NCBI GenBank assembly: GCA_050951805.1
Contig: JBMNJT010000008.1
Location: 259,061-323,060 of the forward strand
Direction: 5' to 3'
Source: Bacillota bacterium
GTDB taxonomy: Bacteria; Bacillota; DTU025
DNA length: 64,000 nt
Below are positions 10,641 to 20,651 of the stretch, piece by piece. A program made the position numbers and the translations under genes. Position 1 is the first letter of the stretch, and each line of letters opens with the position of its first letter. The notes under the pieces are model-generated. The model worked only from the letters and a program-made list of their open reading frames with translations. It did no database searches and was not told the DNA's origin.

Positions 10641-11930
10641 ATGGGAGCGCGACTGCGCGTTACCGCCATAGTGCCGGCGGCTGGATCGGGCACGCGGATG
10701 GGCCTGGCAGTTCCAAAACAATATTTACAGCTTAGGGGCATTCCCATAGTGGCTCACACAGTATCACGATTGGCGCGTTCCGGGGCTGTTGACGAGATAA
10801 TCGTGTCTGTTCCTCCCGGGGATGAGGAGGTTTTTGAGAGGGATATCGTAGAGCGATACTCCCTCTCTTCGTTATGCCGCTTGAAGGTGGTAGCAGGTGG
10901 CTCCGATCGGCAGCAATCGGTTTCGTTGGCACTTAGAGCGATGGAGCAGGACCTTGCCTCTTCGGCAACTGGGATTGAGGGCAGAGGTGCGAGCGTTGAG
11001 GAGGCTGGGGTCGACGCTGAAACCTGCCACATAGTATTGGTCCACGACGGAGTCCGGCCATTCGTGTCGAAAGTTCAGATCGTTGCGGTTTTGGAGGCGG
11101 CAGCGGTTCATGGCGCTGCCACCTGTGCTGTGGCCCCTAAAGACACAATAAAGCTCGTGGGAGATAATGGTCTTGTTGCCATGACTCCCGATAGATCCGG
11201 GCTGTGCCTTGTTCAAACGCCACAGGCATTCCATCTATCGATCTTGGCGTGCGCTCACAGGCGTGCAGAGGAAGAAGGCTATGTTGGCACCGATGATTGT
11301 TCGCTCGTTGAAAGGTTGGGGCTTCCGGTTGCGCTGACGCCCGGATCGTACGACAACATAAAGATTACCACGCCGGAGGATCTGGCGCTCGCAGAGGTTC
11401 TGCTTGCGCGGGAGGACTCGGATTGCCGAGGTGAGAGCGTTGTGAGCGTCGTCAGAGTGGGGCAGGGATACGATGTCCATAGACTTGTGCATGGGCGGGA
11501 TCTGATCCTTGGAGGGGTACAGGTGCCGTATGAGAAGGGACTGGATGGGCACTCAGATGCAGACGTGTTGACCCACGCGATATGTGACGCGATTTTGGGG
11601 GCGGCAAGCCTTGGCGACATCGGAATGCACTTTCCCGATACTGATCAAGAATACGCAGGAATATGCAGCGTTGCGCTTTTGGAGCGCGTTGTTGCGTTGG
11701 CGGCCGATGCGGGCTATCGCGTCTTGGGGGTTGATGCCACAATAATCGCTCAACGTCCGAAGATAGCACCTTTTGTGCCGCAGATGCGTGAGAGCTTGGC
11801 GTATGCGATGAATGTGCCTGTTGAGTATGTTAATATAAAGGGAAAGACCACTGAGGGGCTGGGGTATATAGGGTCGGGCGAAGGTATCGCGGCCCTGGCT
11901 GTTGCGTCGCTCAGCCCTGCGTCGAGTTGA
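10641..11930 (+). CDS. ispDF: bifunctional IspD/IspF (MEP cytidylyltransferase / MEcPP synthase)
   Basis: The N-terminal half has AIVPAAGSGTRMG (IspD). The C-terminal half has RVGQGYDVHRL...GHSDADVLTHA (IspF). It is a single uninterrupted ORF. Confidence 0.9.
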   Translation: MGARLRVTAIVPAAGSGTRMGLAVPKQYLQLRGIPIVAHTVSRLARSGAVDEIIVSVPPGDEEVFERDIVERYSLSSLCRLKVVAGGSDRQQSVSLALRAMEQDLASSATGIEGRGASVEEAGVDAETCHIVLVHDGVRPFVSKVQIVAVLEAAAVHGAATCAVAPKDTIKLVGDNGLVAMTPDRSGLCLVQTPQAFHLSILACAHRRAEEEGYVGTDDCSLVERLGLPVALTPGSYDNIKITTPEDLALAEVLLAREDSDCRGESVVSVVRVGQGYDVHRLVHGRDLILGGVQVPYEKGLDGHSDADVLTHAICDAILGAASLGDIGMHFPDTDQEYAGICSVALLERVVALAADAGYRVLGVDATIIAQRPKIAPFVPQMRESLAYAMNVPVEYVNIKGKTTEGLGYIGSGEGIAALAVASLSPASS

Positions 11931-11982
11931 CTCGGCGGATCTGGCAAAAGTTATGCCATGCACTTTGGAGGGGGGCTGGACC

Positions 11983-13515
11983 ATGGCGATTAGAATCTAT
12001 AATACCTTAACACGGCGTAAAGAGGAGTTCGTGCCTGTTGTCCCGGGCAAGGTGGGCATCTATAGCTGCGGGCCTACAGTATACGACTATTTTCACATTG
12101 GTAATGCGCGGGCCTTTGTGGTGCCTGATGTCATTCGGAGATACCTCCGCTACAGGGGGTATAATGTAACGCTGGTCCAGAACATAACCGACATAGAAGA
12201 CAAGATCATCAAGAGGGCTGCTGAAAGAGGTGTGGCTCCCCAGAATATTGTCGACGAGTTTACCACTGCCTACATAGAGGATAGAGAAGCACTCGGTGTT
12301 CAGGCTCCTGACATTCAGCCTAGGGCCACAGAACATGTTGGCGATATGATTGACATGATAAAAATCCTTGTCGAAAAGGGTTTGGCCTATGTTGGAGATG
12401 GCGATGTTTACTACGATGTCTCCAGGTTTGAGCCATATGGAAAGCTGTCGAATCAGAATATAGATGATTTGGTGGCAGGTGCGAGAGTCGATGTTGGCGA
12501 GGCCAAACAGGACCCGCTCGACTTTGCTCTCTGGAAGGCGGCAAAGCCGGGAGAACCCTCGTGGGATAGTCCGTGGGGGCCCGGCCGGCCGGGATGGCAC
12601 ATCGAATGCAGCGCAATGTCTACGAAATATCTGGGCAAGACATTTGATATACATACAGGCGGTGTTGATCTGGTCTTTCCCCATCATGAAAACGAGATAG
12701 CTCAGAGCCATGGCGCAAACGGAGTGGCGCCGGTGCGGTATTGGGTTCACAATGGCTATATCAATGTAGACGGCCAGAAGATGGCTAAATCGCTTGGCAA
12801 CTTCAAGACCGTTCGGGATATTCTCCAGCAATACCCCGGCAAGGTGGTGCGCTATTTCCTCATATCCAATCACTACCGGAAGCCGATCAATTTCAGCGAC
12901 GATGAGCTGCGCATGTGCGAAAGGGCACTTTCGCGATTGGAAGATGCGATTGTCAACGCGGCATTTACAGCGTCAATTGATCTGGATAATCGGGAAGAAA
13001 TGGTGCGATTGGCGGCGGCAAAATCAGGCAAGGCTTGGGCGGATGACAGCGCTGAAGCCCGATTGGATGGAGTTGTGAAAGAAGTTCGAAGAAGATTCGA
13101 GGAGTCGATGGACGACGATTTCAATACCGCAGGCGCAATAGGATCGCTACACGATCTTGCAACTGCTCTAAATACTTATGTGAACAGGGAGATGCCATCG
13201 CCTCCCAATGAAGAAGCCCGGGTGGCCATCTCAGGAGCGGTGTTGGCTCTGATGGATTTGGGCGATGTTCTTGGCATAATAGATCCCTCATCCATGAAGC
13301 CTGCAGCGGGCAATGCGAAGGAAGATGAAGGAGAGCTGGCAAATGCGGAGAAAATCGTGGAAGGTTTGGTGGAGCTTCTTCTTGATGTGAGGGCGAGAGC
13401 GCGCGAGGCTAAGGAGTATGGCGTATCGGACATGATTCGTGATCGTCTCGCTGAGATGGACATAATTGTCGAGGATACAAGAGACGGGGCGAGGTGGAAG
13501 TTTGCATCTAAATGA
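11983..13515 (+). CDS. cysS: cysteine--tRNA ligase
   Basis: MAIRIYNTLTRRKEEF start. HIGH motif (FHIGNARAF). KMSKS motif (QKMAKSLGN). Zinc-binding WHIECS. Confidence 0.95.
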   Translation: MAIRIYNTLTRRKEEFVPVVPGKVGIYSCGPTVYDYFHIGNARAFVVPDVIRRYLRYRGYNVTLVQNITDIEDKIIKRAAERGVAPQNIVDEFTTAYIEDREALGVQAPDIQPRATEHVGDMIDMIKILVEKGLAYVGDGDVYYDVSRFEPYGKLSNQNIDDLVAGARVDVGEAKQDPLDFALWKAAKPGEPSWDSPWGPGRPGWHIECSAMSTKYLGKTFDIHTGGVDLVFPHHENEIAQSHGANGVAPVRYWVHNGYINVDGQKMAKSLGNFKTVRDILQQYPGKVVRYFLISNHYRKPINFSDDELRMCERALSRLEDAIVNAAFTASIDLDNREEMVRLAAAKSGKAWADDSAEARLDGVVKEVRRRFEESMDDDFNTAGAIGSLHDLATALNTYVNREMPSPPNEEARVAISGAVLALMDLGDVLGIIDPSSMKPAAGNAKEDEGELANAEKIVEGLVELLLDVRARAREAKEYGVSDMIRDRLAEMDIIVEDTRDGARWKFASK

Positions 13516-13531
13516 GGGTCAAGTGCGTGAG

Positions 13532-13930
13532 ATGTCCCTGCTTAATCTGGCTTATGTTGGGGACGCCGTTTGGGAGCTTTTTGTCCGTTCGCAGCTTGCA
13601 GCTGAGGGCGGAGCGTGCATTCGCGTGAACGCTCTTCATCGTTCGGCAGAAGAGATGGTCAACGCCGAGGCGCAGTCGCAGATCGTCCACAAGCTAGTGG
13701 ACTTCCTCTCTCCAGAAGAGAGAGACGTGGTGAGACGGGGCAGAAATGTGAAACCCGGGCATGTTTTTCGGGGCCCTGATCCCATAGACTATCGGTATGC
13801 AACCGGGTTCGAAGCCTTGCTTGGACACATGTATCTCGCAGGTAAGGATGAAAGGCTGCGCGAGATCATGGAGGAAGCCATGAGATTGGCTCAACAAAAG
13901 GATGGAGTCGAGGAACCAGCCAATGGATGA
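13532..13930 (+). CDS. mrnC: mini-ribonuclease III
   Basis: LNLAYVGDAVWELFVR is the Mini-III signature. Its position downstream of cysS matches B. subtilis. Confidence 0.85.
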   Translation: MSLLNLAYVGDAVWELFVRSQLAAEGGACIRVNALHRSAEEMVNAEAQSQIVHKLVDFLSPEERDVVRRGRNVKPGHVFRGPDPIDYRYATGFEALLGHMYLAGKDERLREIMEEAMRLAQQKDGVEEPANG

Positions 13931-14681
13931 TGAGTTCATCATATGGGGACGCCAGCCTGTAATGGAAGCGCTGGAGTCGGATAGAGAGTTCAACAAGATA
14001 TTTGTCGCTCGAGGCGGACACGATAAGCGAATAGTTGCGGCGGCGCGGGAGCGGAGAATTCCTGTGGTGGAAGTGGACAAGGCGGCGCTCGATCGAATGA
14101 CAGCGTCGGAGACGGGTGTTCCAGTAGTTCATCAGGGAGTTGTGGCGCAGCTTTCGCCAATACTCTATGCAGAGCTTGATGACCTCGCGGCAGCGGCACA
14201 AGCGCGCAGAGAGGACTTGTTCGTGGCGGTGCTGGACGGGATCACCGATCCGCAGAATCTCGGATCCATTATTCGCACTGCCAATGCAGTGGGCGCACAT
14301 GGAGTGGTGATACCGGCTAGAAGGAGTTCTCAGGTGAGCCCTGTTGTGGCGAAAGCCTCTGCCGGCGCAGTTGCTTATACCCCTGTCGCCCGTGTGGGCA
14401 ACCTCTCACAAGCCATCGACAGGCTTAAGAAGATGGGAGCCTGGGTTGTTGGCACTGCTGCGGACGGGGATCGTCGCTTTTTTGAGGCAGACCTTACAGG
14501 CCCTATAGCAGTCGTTGTTGGCAGCGAGGGAAAGGGCATGTCGAGACTTGTAGAAGAGTCAGTTGATTTCACAGTCTCAATACCGATGGCGGGTGAGGTG
14601 TCTTCCCTTAATGCCGGAGTTGCATGGGCAGTGATAGCGTTTGAGGTTGCCAGGCAGAGACTCGGGGTCAACAGAGGCTGA
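13923..14681 (+). CDS. rlmB: 23S rRNA (guanosine-2'-O)-methyltransferase RlmB / TrmH-family (YacO homologue)
   Basis: SpoU/TrmH motifs (LDGITDPQNLGSIIRTA, VVGSEGKGMSRL, IPMAGEVSSLNAGVA). The start overlaps the mrnC stop. Confidence 0.85.
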   Translation: MDDEFIIWGRQPVMEALESDREFNKIFVARGGHDKRIVAAARERRIPVVEVDKAALDRMTASETGVPVVHQGVVAQLSPILYAELDDLAAAAQARREDLFVAVLDGITDPQNLGSIIRTANAVGAHGVVIPARRSSQVSPVVAKASAGAVAYTPVARVGNLSQAIDRLKKMGAWVVGTAADGDRRFFEADLTGPIAVVVGSEGKGMSRLVEESVDFTVSIPMAGEVSSLNAGVAWAVIAFEVARQRLGVNRG

Positions 14682-14852
14682 GAGCCAGATAGGGCTGTGC
14701 TTTGTGGCAAGAGAGGCTGCCTTGATGACGTCTGCTGCAGACCGCAGTTGGCACCATCGGCTGTACATGGCAAATGGGGTTGGAATGTGGGTTGAAGGTG
14801 GTGATTGCCAAAGATAGCTATTGTATATGTAAGCGGCTACCAGGCGCTTTGC

Positions 14853-14882
14853 TTGACTCGTGTGAAGTCGCTGATATATAAT
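14853..14882 (+). promoter_or_regulatory. putative sigma-A promoter upstream of sigH
   Basis: TTGACT, an 18-nt spacer, then TATAAT. It lies about 170 nt upstream of the sigH start. Confidence 0.35.
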
Positions 14883-15051
14883 GGCCGTAGTCTTTGGAGC
14901 TGGTACAGGCTTAATACCTGCCGAAGTGGGCTTTTCTAAACTCTTGTCAAAGTGGCCGGCTTGTTTATTAGCCGGTAGTTGATTGTTCACAGCCAGTCTC
15001 GGGTATCAAGATATCCCGTTGCTAAGCTTGTTGTGTCGGGAGGGGACGCAT

Positions 15052-15696
15052 TTGAGCGTAAACCTGCAATATGAAATCTATTTGCACTATGATGAGCTGG
15101 CTGATGAGGAAATCGTAGAATTGGCAAAGCAGGGCGACAGCGACGCCGAGGAATATCTCATCCACAAGTACAAGAACTTTGTTAGGGCGAAGGCCCGGTC
15201 CTATTTTTTGATTGGCGCAGACAGGGAGGACATAATTCAGGAGGGTATGATAGGCCTTTACAAGGCCATCCGAGACTTCAAGCCTGACAAACTAGCTTCA
15301 TTTCGTGCTTTTGCCGAACTGTGCATTACTAGACAGATTATTACTGCTATTAAGACAGCGACGAGACAGAAACATATTCCACTAAACTCATATGTTTCCC
15401 TGAATAAACCGATATATGATGAAGAATCAGATCGTACACTGTTGGATGTTTTGTCGGGCAACAAGATTACTGACCCGGAAGAACTCGTTATCAGCAGAGA
15501 AGAGTTTAACGATATCGAGGACAAGATGGATGAGTTCCTTAGCGACCTGGAGAGGGACGTGCTCAACGCATACCTTGATGGCAAATCATATCAGGAAATA
15601 GCGATCGAACTGAACCGTCATGTAAAGTCTGTTGACAATGCGCTTCAAAGAGTCAAACGCAAGCTGGAGCGGTACATAAAGAAACGTGATGGATAG
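15052..15696 (+). CDS. sigH: RNA polymerase sporulation/stationary-phase sigma factor SigH
   Basis: Very high similarity to B. subtilis SigH (YLI.KY.NFVRAKARSYFLIGADREDI.QEGMIGLYK.IRDF...ELCITRQIITAIKTATRQKHIPLNSY). TTG start 15052 follows GGGAGGGGA. Confidence 0.85.
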   Translation: MSVNLQYEIYLHYDELADEEIVELAKQGDSDAEEYLIHKYKNFVRAKARSYFLIGADREDIIQEGMIGLYKAIRDFKPDKLASFRAFAELCITRQIITAIKTATRQKHIPLNSYVSLNKPIYDEESDRTLLDVLSGNKITDPEELVISREEFNDIEDKMDEFLSDLERDVLNAYLDGKSYQEIAIELNRHVKSVDNALQRVKRKLERYIKKRDG

Positions 15697-15968
15697 CTGC
15701 GATGGGCACTCGCTTAAGCACCCATCTCTCGAGGTAAGTCTGGAGAGGCGTATGTTGCTCTTAGATTGGCTTTTGTGCCCGTATCATCTATCGATTTTCC
15801 TCAGCGCGCTGCGGAACGGGAGGATGCAGGTTCCCCGACCGCGGCGCGTCTCTCTATCTCTGTTTTGCGAGCCAATGCCATTATCGTCTTGACAATGGCA
15901 TCGTGTGAATCTCGAAAACTGCCTGCCCACGCAGGCTTAACCTGCAGTGATATCCTTGCTTGGGGTGA

Positions 15969-16652
15969 GTGGTTGTGCCCATTCGATTTATACTGTTCGA
16001 TCTAGACGAGACACTATACCCGGCGTCCAATGGGCTGATGAACCTCGTGCGCGACAGAATAATCGAGTACATAATGCTTCGCCTCGGTGTCTCTCGGCGG
16101 GAGGCCGAGGAATACCGGTTGAGGTATTTTATGGAATACGGAGCTACCCTGGGAGGGCTATATCACGAACACGGGGTCGACGTGCGAGACTACATGGAAT
16201 TCGTGCACGATGTGCCTCATTCTGACCACATAGATCCCAATCCGGAACTGGATGCAATGTTAAGCCGGCTGAGCCCGGCAAAGGTCATATTCACCAATGC
16301 AGACCGCAGCCATGCTCAGAGGGTCCTTTCAGCCCTCAGAGTAACCCCCGGGCATTTTAACTGCATATTCGATTACGAGGCGGCGGGTTGCTGTCCAAAG
16401 CCTGAACTCGAAGCATATAGACGGATCCTTGACTATCTGGACGCCGAGGGAGCCGAGTGCATCCTTGTTGAGGACAATTTGCGGAACCTGGCCCCTGCCA
16501 AGAGAGTGTTTGGAATCCACACCGTTCTGGTGGATTCAGATGGCACCAGGCGGATTAGGGGCGGCCCGGAATATGCAGCCGATTGGGTTATCCGCGACAT
16601 ACTGGAGCTGGAAGGGCTGCTGGAGCAGGTGTATGGGCGAGCCGGGCGTTGA
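15969..16652 (+). CDS. HAD-superfamily hydrolase (pyrimidine 5'-nucleotidase-like)
   Basis: DxDxT motif (ILFDLDETLYP), a downstream FTNAD and a VEDN-type motif IV. Confidence 0.75.
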   Translation: MVVPIRFILFDLDETLYPASNGLMNLVRDRIIEYIMLRLGVSRREAEEYRLRYFMEYGATLGGLYHEHGVDVRDYMEFVHDVPHSDHIDPNPELDAMLSRLSPAKVIFTNADRSHAQRVLSALRVTPGHFNCIFDYEAAGCCPKPELEAYRRILDYLDAEGAECILVEDNLRNLAPAKRVFGIHTVLVDSDGTRRIRGGPEYAADWVIRDILELEGLLEQVYGRAGR

Positions 16653-16945
16653 TTGGTGGGTCAGCGGGGCGGGTTTGACCTCATGCTGACCCAAACCTCT
16701 TTCAGGGCGGTGGCTCTTGTAGATGGGCGTATAATTGGCGCTGCTTTTACATCACCTTTCGTATGATGCGCTCAAGGGCGAGGTAACCCCGAGATTTCGA
16801 CCGATGGGTGGGTCAGTCGGCTGGCGAACCCGCGATTAGCGGTTTCCGTTGGCCGCCGAATGATCCGGGTACACCCGATGAGCACATGGCGTGGGCAAGG
16901 CGTTCGCTTCTGATTCATGCCGTGCCCATTCCATCTTGTGGCCCC

Positions 16946-18286
16946 CTAACTTCCTTTAGCCGCTATTCCAAGAGACCGGAACAAGAACGCAGGGGCGGAG
17001 TACTGTCCATAGGCCCACTCTGCGCGGTCGCTTATAGCAACTATGTCGTTAAGTGCTTTTATGGTGTTGCCGGCGACCATCGTGTCCTTTACGCGGCCCA
17101 TTATCTTGCCATGTTCTACCTTGAAACCTAGGTGCACGTTGACAGAGAAATCTCCTGTCAGAACGTTGCCCTGTCCGGCCCCCATTACCTGGTCGACTAT
17201 GATTCCTTCATCCATCGACGCGATCATGTCTTCAAGGCTCTCGGTGCCCGGGGTGATCAGCGGATTGCTCGTGCCTGGAGTCGGCTGCCCCTCGAAGTAG
17301 TCGCCGGCGTGGGCTTGTCTGACGCCATTTCCCGTGCTAGAAGTGCCTGCCTTGCCCGCGGTTTGAAGATCGTAGTAATGGCCTTTGACGACACCTGCCT
17401 CGATCAGGGGTGTTTTGCGCGACTTTACGCCCTCGGCATCCATTGGGCAGCTTCCGAGGGCGCAGTCGACAGTTGCGTCATCATATACAAAAACCCTTGG
17501 GTCGAACACCTGGCGGCCTACTTTGTCTGCCAACGGTGATGAACCTTCAAGAACCGTCTTTCCGTTAAGGGCTGACTGCAAGGCGATGAAAAGCGGCATG
17601 ATGCCGCGGGCCGTGAAGAGTACCGGCATGCGGCCTGTTCGTGCTTGGGCGATAGTGCGCCCCAACCTCACGCGCTCTAGCACGTCCTGAGCTATGGAGC
17701 GGGAGTCGAAGTTGCTGCAGCATGAACCGGCCATGGAGTATATCAAGAAGATGTCGGTTCCTTCTACCAACAGGGCATCGGCCATGGCAGTCAGAGTAGT
17801 CTTGCGGTAGCGCCCTCCTCCTCCGTTCGAGTTGGTGATCGTGACTTCTTGAACCTCTCTTTCAAGCTGAACACCGCACTTGATGGAGGGGTCTTCTTCT
17901 GTGATGATATCGACGATTTCTTGGCCCATACGGATGAGTTCATCGGCGTCGATGTCTGCGATTCTGTCATCGTAAATGAGTGGCGCAGGCATTACTTCTC
18001 CGTCGGTGATCGGGCCTGGAAAGTCGAACCTCGCTGTTTCACCCATATCTGCGGATTCCGTTGCCATGTTGACAAGATTGTCGGCAGCGGCTTTGCTAAG
18101 GTCTGTTGAGGAGGAGAAGCCTATCTTGCCAGAACGGATGATCCGCAGAGCCACTCCAGTAGTCCTCTTCGTTTCGGCCTGCTTGAGCTTGCTCATCTCG
18201 AAGACCACGGGGATGGTCTCACTATTGACAAGGTAGAGCTCAGCTGCGTCTGCATTCTTGATCGCCACATCGAGCAAGTCTTTCAT
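16946..18286 (-). CDS. pmbA: PmbA/TldE-family metalloprotease subunit
   Basis: TldD/PmbA-fold sequence lacking the HExxxH motif. It lies immediately downstream of tldD on the same strand. ATG at 18286. Confidence 0.8.
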   Translation of the reverse strand: MKDLLDVAIKNADAAELYLVNSETIPVVFEMSKLKQAETKRTTGVALRIIRSGKIGFSSSTDLSKAAADNLVNMATESADMGETARFDFPGPITDGEVMPAPLIYDDRIADIDADELIRMGQEIVDIITEEDPSIKCGVQLEREVQEVTITNSNGGGGRYRKTTLTAMADALLVEGTDIFLIYSMAGSCCSNFDSRSIAQDVLERVRLGRTIAQARTGRMPVLFTARGIMPLFIALQSALNGKTVLEGSSPLADKVGRQVFDPRVFVYDDATVDCALGSCPMDAEGVKSRKTPLIEAGVVKGHYYDLQTAGKAGTSSTGNGVRQAHAGDYFEGQPTPGTSNPLITPGTESLEDMIASMDEGIIVDQVMGAGQGNVLTGDFSVNVHLGFKVEHGKIMGRVKDTMVAGNTIKALNDIVAISDRAEWAYGQYSAPAFLFRSLGIAAKGS

Positions 18287-18288
18287 GG

Positions 18289-19662
18289 CTAATTTCCTCC
18301 CACAACGACATTTTTGATCCGTATATGCGGGCTGCCATCTGAGACAGGCAATGGGAATTGTTGGCCCTTGCCGCACCCTCCGACACCGCCATCATTCATC
18401 TTGCGGTCGTTGCCGATGGCGTCTATGTGCATCAATGTTTCAAAGACATTGCCTGTGAGAACCACGTTGCGGACTCTTTCCGCCACTTTCCCTTTGCGGA
18501 TCATGAAGGCTTCCATTGCGCTGAATGTAAACATCTCCATAGTTGTCTCTCCGCCATAGGCATCGATGGCGTAGATCCCCTTGTCGATATCGGAGATCAT
18601 TTCGTCGAAGCTTGTCTCTCCGTTTTCGATGTAAGTGTTGGTCATCCGCACTATAGGTTGGAATCTGTAGTTTATGGCGCGAGCGTTTCCAGTGGGGCGT
18701 TCGCTCATCTTCGCGGCCGTTCCCCGGGAATGCAGTCTGCCGACGAGCACTCCGTCTCTTATGAGGGGAGTAACCGAGGAACGAACGCCCTCGTCGTCGT
18801 ATTTGTATGATCCTCTATGGCCGGGAACGGCGGCGCCGTCTGCAATGTTGAGGATCGGGGAGCCAAACTGCTTCCCCAGAACCATGATTTCGCGGAGCAT
18901 ACTATTCTCATAGATGAAGTCAGATTCGCTTAGATGTCCGAAGGCCTCGTGCACGAAAACGCCTGCTAGGCCGGGGTCGAGTACCACAGTATACTGGCCC
19001 GCATCCACAGGTGCTGCGCTGAGGTTTTCAACTGCACGTCTGGCGCACTCTCTGACTTCGTCGTGGTGCCCTTTAATACATTGGTAACCGTCGATTCCTC
19101 CGGCGGAGACCAGCATCTGTTGCACATTGTCGCCCTCCCGTGCGATGGCGGTGAAGCTGGCTCCGACGTCGCAATGCTCTTGCTCGATGTATGTACACTC
19201 GGAGTTGGCGAAGTACTTCTTTGAGTAAGTGTCTCTGTATCTGACTGCAGTTGTTTGAATCTTGGGACTGTAGCTCAACATAATGTCGTTGTATTCCTCA
19301 AGCAGTGCTCGCTTGCTTGCAAGGCTGATTGATCTGGGGTCAACGACTAATGCCGGCACTACCGTGTCGGTTATGGGTTCTACTGGGGCAAGGAGATTGT
19401 CGCCGCACACGCGCGATACCAGTTTTGCTTGACTTACTGCCAGCGCCACGTGGTCTTTGAGGTTGGCGATGTCGTTGAAGGAGACGAATCCCCAACCGCC
19501 GGATACCAAGGCGCGAACGCAGCCTCCTACTGAGCGGGACGTGGCCAATTCATCTACGTTCTTGCCACGAAGCGATATCTTGGTCCGTTCATGGTCTTCG
19601 ATTCTAATTTCCACATAGTCCGCTCGATGCGATTTTAACGCATCCTTGATCAGGTTCTGCAA
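18289..19662 (-). CDS. tldD: TldD-family metalloprotease
   Basis: HEAFGHLSE metal-binding motif and a GGCGKGQ C-terminal signature. The probable TTG start at 19662 follows AAAGGAGG. The ORF itself is open up to 19752. Confidence 0.85.
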   Translation of the reverse strand: MQNLIKDALKSHRADYVEIRIEDHERTKISLRGKNVDELATSRSVGGCVRALVSGGWGFVSFNDIANLKDHVALAVSQAKLVSRVCGDNLLAPVEPITDTVVPALVVDPRSISLASKRALLEEYNDIMLSYSPKIQTTAVRYRDTYSKKYFANSECTYIEQEHCDVGASFTAIAREGDNVQQMLVSAGGIDGYQCIKGHHDEVRECARRAVENLSAAPVDAGQYTVVLDPGLAGVFVHEAFGHLSESDFIYENSMLREIMVLGKQFGSPILNIADGAAVPGHRGSYKYDDEGVRSSVTPLIRDGVLVGRLHSRGTAAKMSERPTGNARAINYRFQPIVRMTNTYIENGETSFDEMISDIDKGIYAIDAYGGETTMEMFTFSAMEAFMIRKGKVAERVRNVVLTGNVFETLMHIDAIGNDRKMNDGGVGGCGKGQQFPLPVSDGSPHIRIKNVVVGGN

Positions 19663-20651
19663 GATCTTGTGCCTCCTTTTTGGGCTGAGCTTTTTGCCTG
19701 GTTTGCGGGAGATATGTTTGGATGGGAATGTCGCGCTTTGCTTTGGGAGCATGTGCAGAACTTAAACATTGAGCTTGATTATCCTTCAGTAGTGTGGCGA
19801 CCCATATGCCCTGTCCGAACTTGCGGTTGGCAATCGAACAGATGTGGCTAAGTGACTCCCAATAAGTTTTTGCGTTATCGGTTAGCCTGCCATATGATGT
19901 CTGCTAGGCGTAAACACGTCTTTGCACCTATGTCGCAGTGCGGTAATTGGTTCGCATTTGTGCATCGACAACGTACACATATTGGCATTAACCATAAACG
20001 CCCGCAGCACTCAGCCGTGCCGGGATATGATCCTCGGGGCAAAGCCAGGGTAGATCGAAATCCCGGTTCGACGCTCGCGGGCAACCATCTTCTTTACAAC
20101 GACGAAAGCGATGCGCATAAGGTCCGTGTGAGCGCCCCGGCAGTTTATGCATTCAACGCACTCATATGAAAGGGCAACTTGGGCCTGCCTTCAAGGAATG
20201 TGTCTATTATTTAGTCGCTTTTCGGGCGCGGCGCTGCCGTCTACGCGCTGCGTCGCTGGCTACGGACTGGTCTGCAAAACCTGCTCGCCCCTGCGGCGAA
20301 CCTTGGCCGGCTCCACGCCGCACGGCGCTTTCCTAGGCTTCTACCCGAGGCCAAACTCTTAGCAGTCCCCCGGCTAAGTCCCAAACCGCGGCAATACAAA
20401 CTCGAGGGGCGCGCAGAGATTTGTTGCGGTCTACTTAGATGACTGGGAGTAACGAAATTGGCCGGGGCGAAGAGCGATTCAGCTTGAAGCTGGCCTCGGT
20501 AGAGTAAGTTGTTGATGCGAAGTCGGATGGGGCTGGTTATCCCTTCAGCGGGAGGGCAAAGCTTTTGCTAGATGCCGCCAACCATCAAATGGGACCGCAC
20601 ACATTGGTAGTTGGGGGCCTCCTGCAGGCTATGAGGGGGTAAGGGGAGAAT

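Noticed and set aside
11931-11982. Expected a T-box leader upstream of cysS.
   Set aside because: Only about 50 nt separate ispDF and cysS, which is far too short for a T-box riboswitch. cysS is probably co-transcribed.
12007-12873. 288-aa minus-strand ORF opposite cysS.
   Set aside because: It lies entirely within the conserved cysS frame, which carries the HIGH and KMSKS motifs. No recognisable family. Shadow ORF.
15686-16225. Small overlapping ORFs between sigH and the HAD hydrolase (15686-15892, 15766-16005 and 15947-16225).
   Set aside because: Short, with no RBS. They overlap each other and the HAD gene start. Their composition is typical of non-coding GC-rich spacer.
19852-20362. ORFs 19852-20169(+), 19875-20084(-) and 20147-20362(+) in the tldD-rlmD spacer.
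   Set aside because: No Shine-Dalgarno sequences. Arg/Cys/His-rich and protein-unlike. No motif recognised. Treated as non-coding; see the finding on this spacer.
19980-20600. Possible tmRNA, RNase P RNA or SRP RNA in the GC-rich spacer. TTCGA-containing segments near 20050-20090 looked superficially tRNA/tmRNA-like.
   Set aside because: No acceptor-stem pairing with a CCA end. No plausible tag ORF ending in a hydrophobic/Ala-Ala tail. No GGAAAGTCC or ACAGAAA (RNase P) box and no GGAAGGAAGCAGC-type SRP motif. No smpB nearby.
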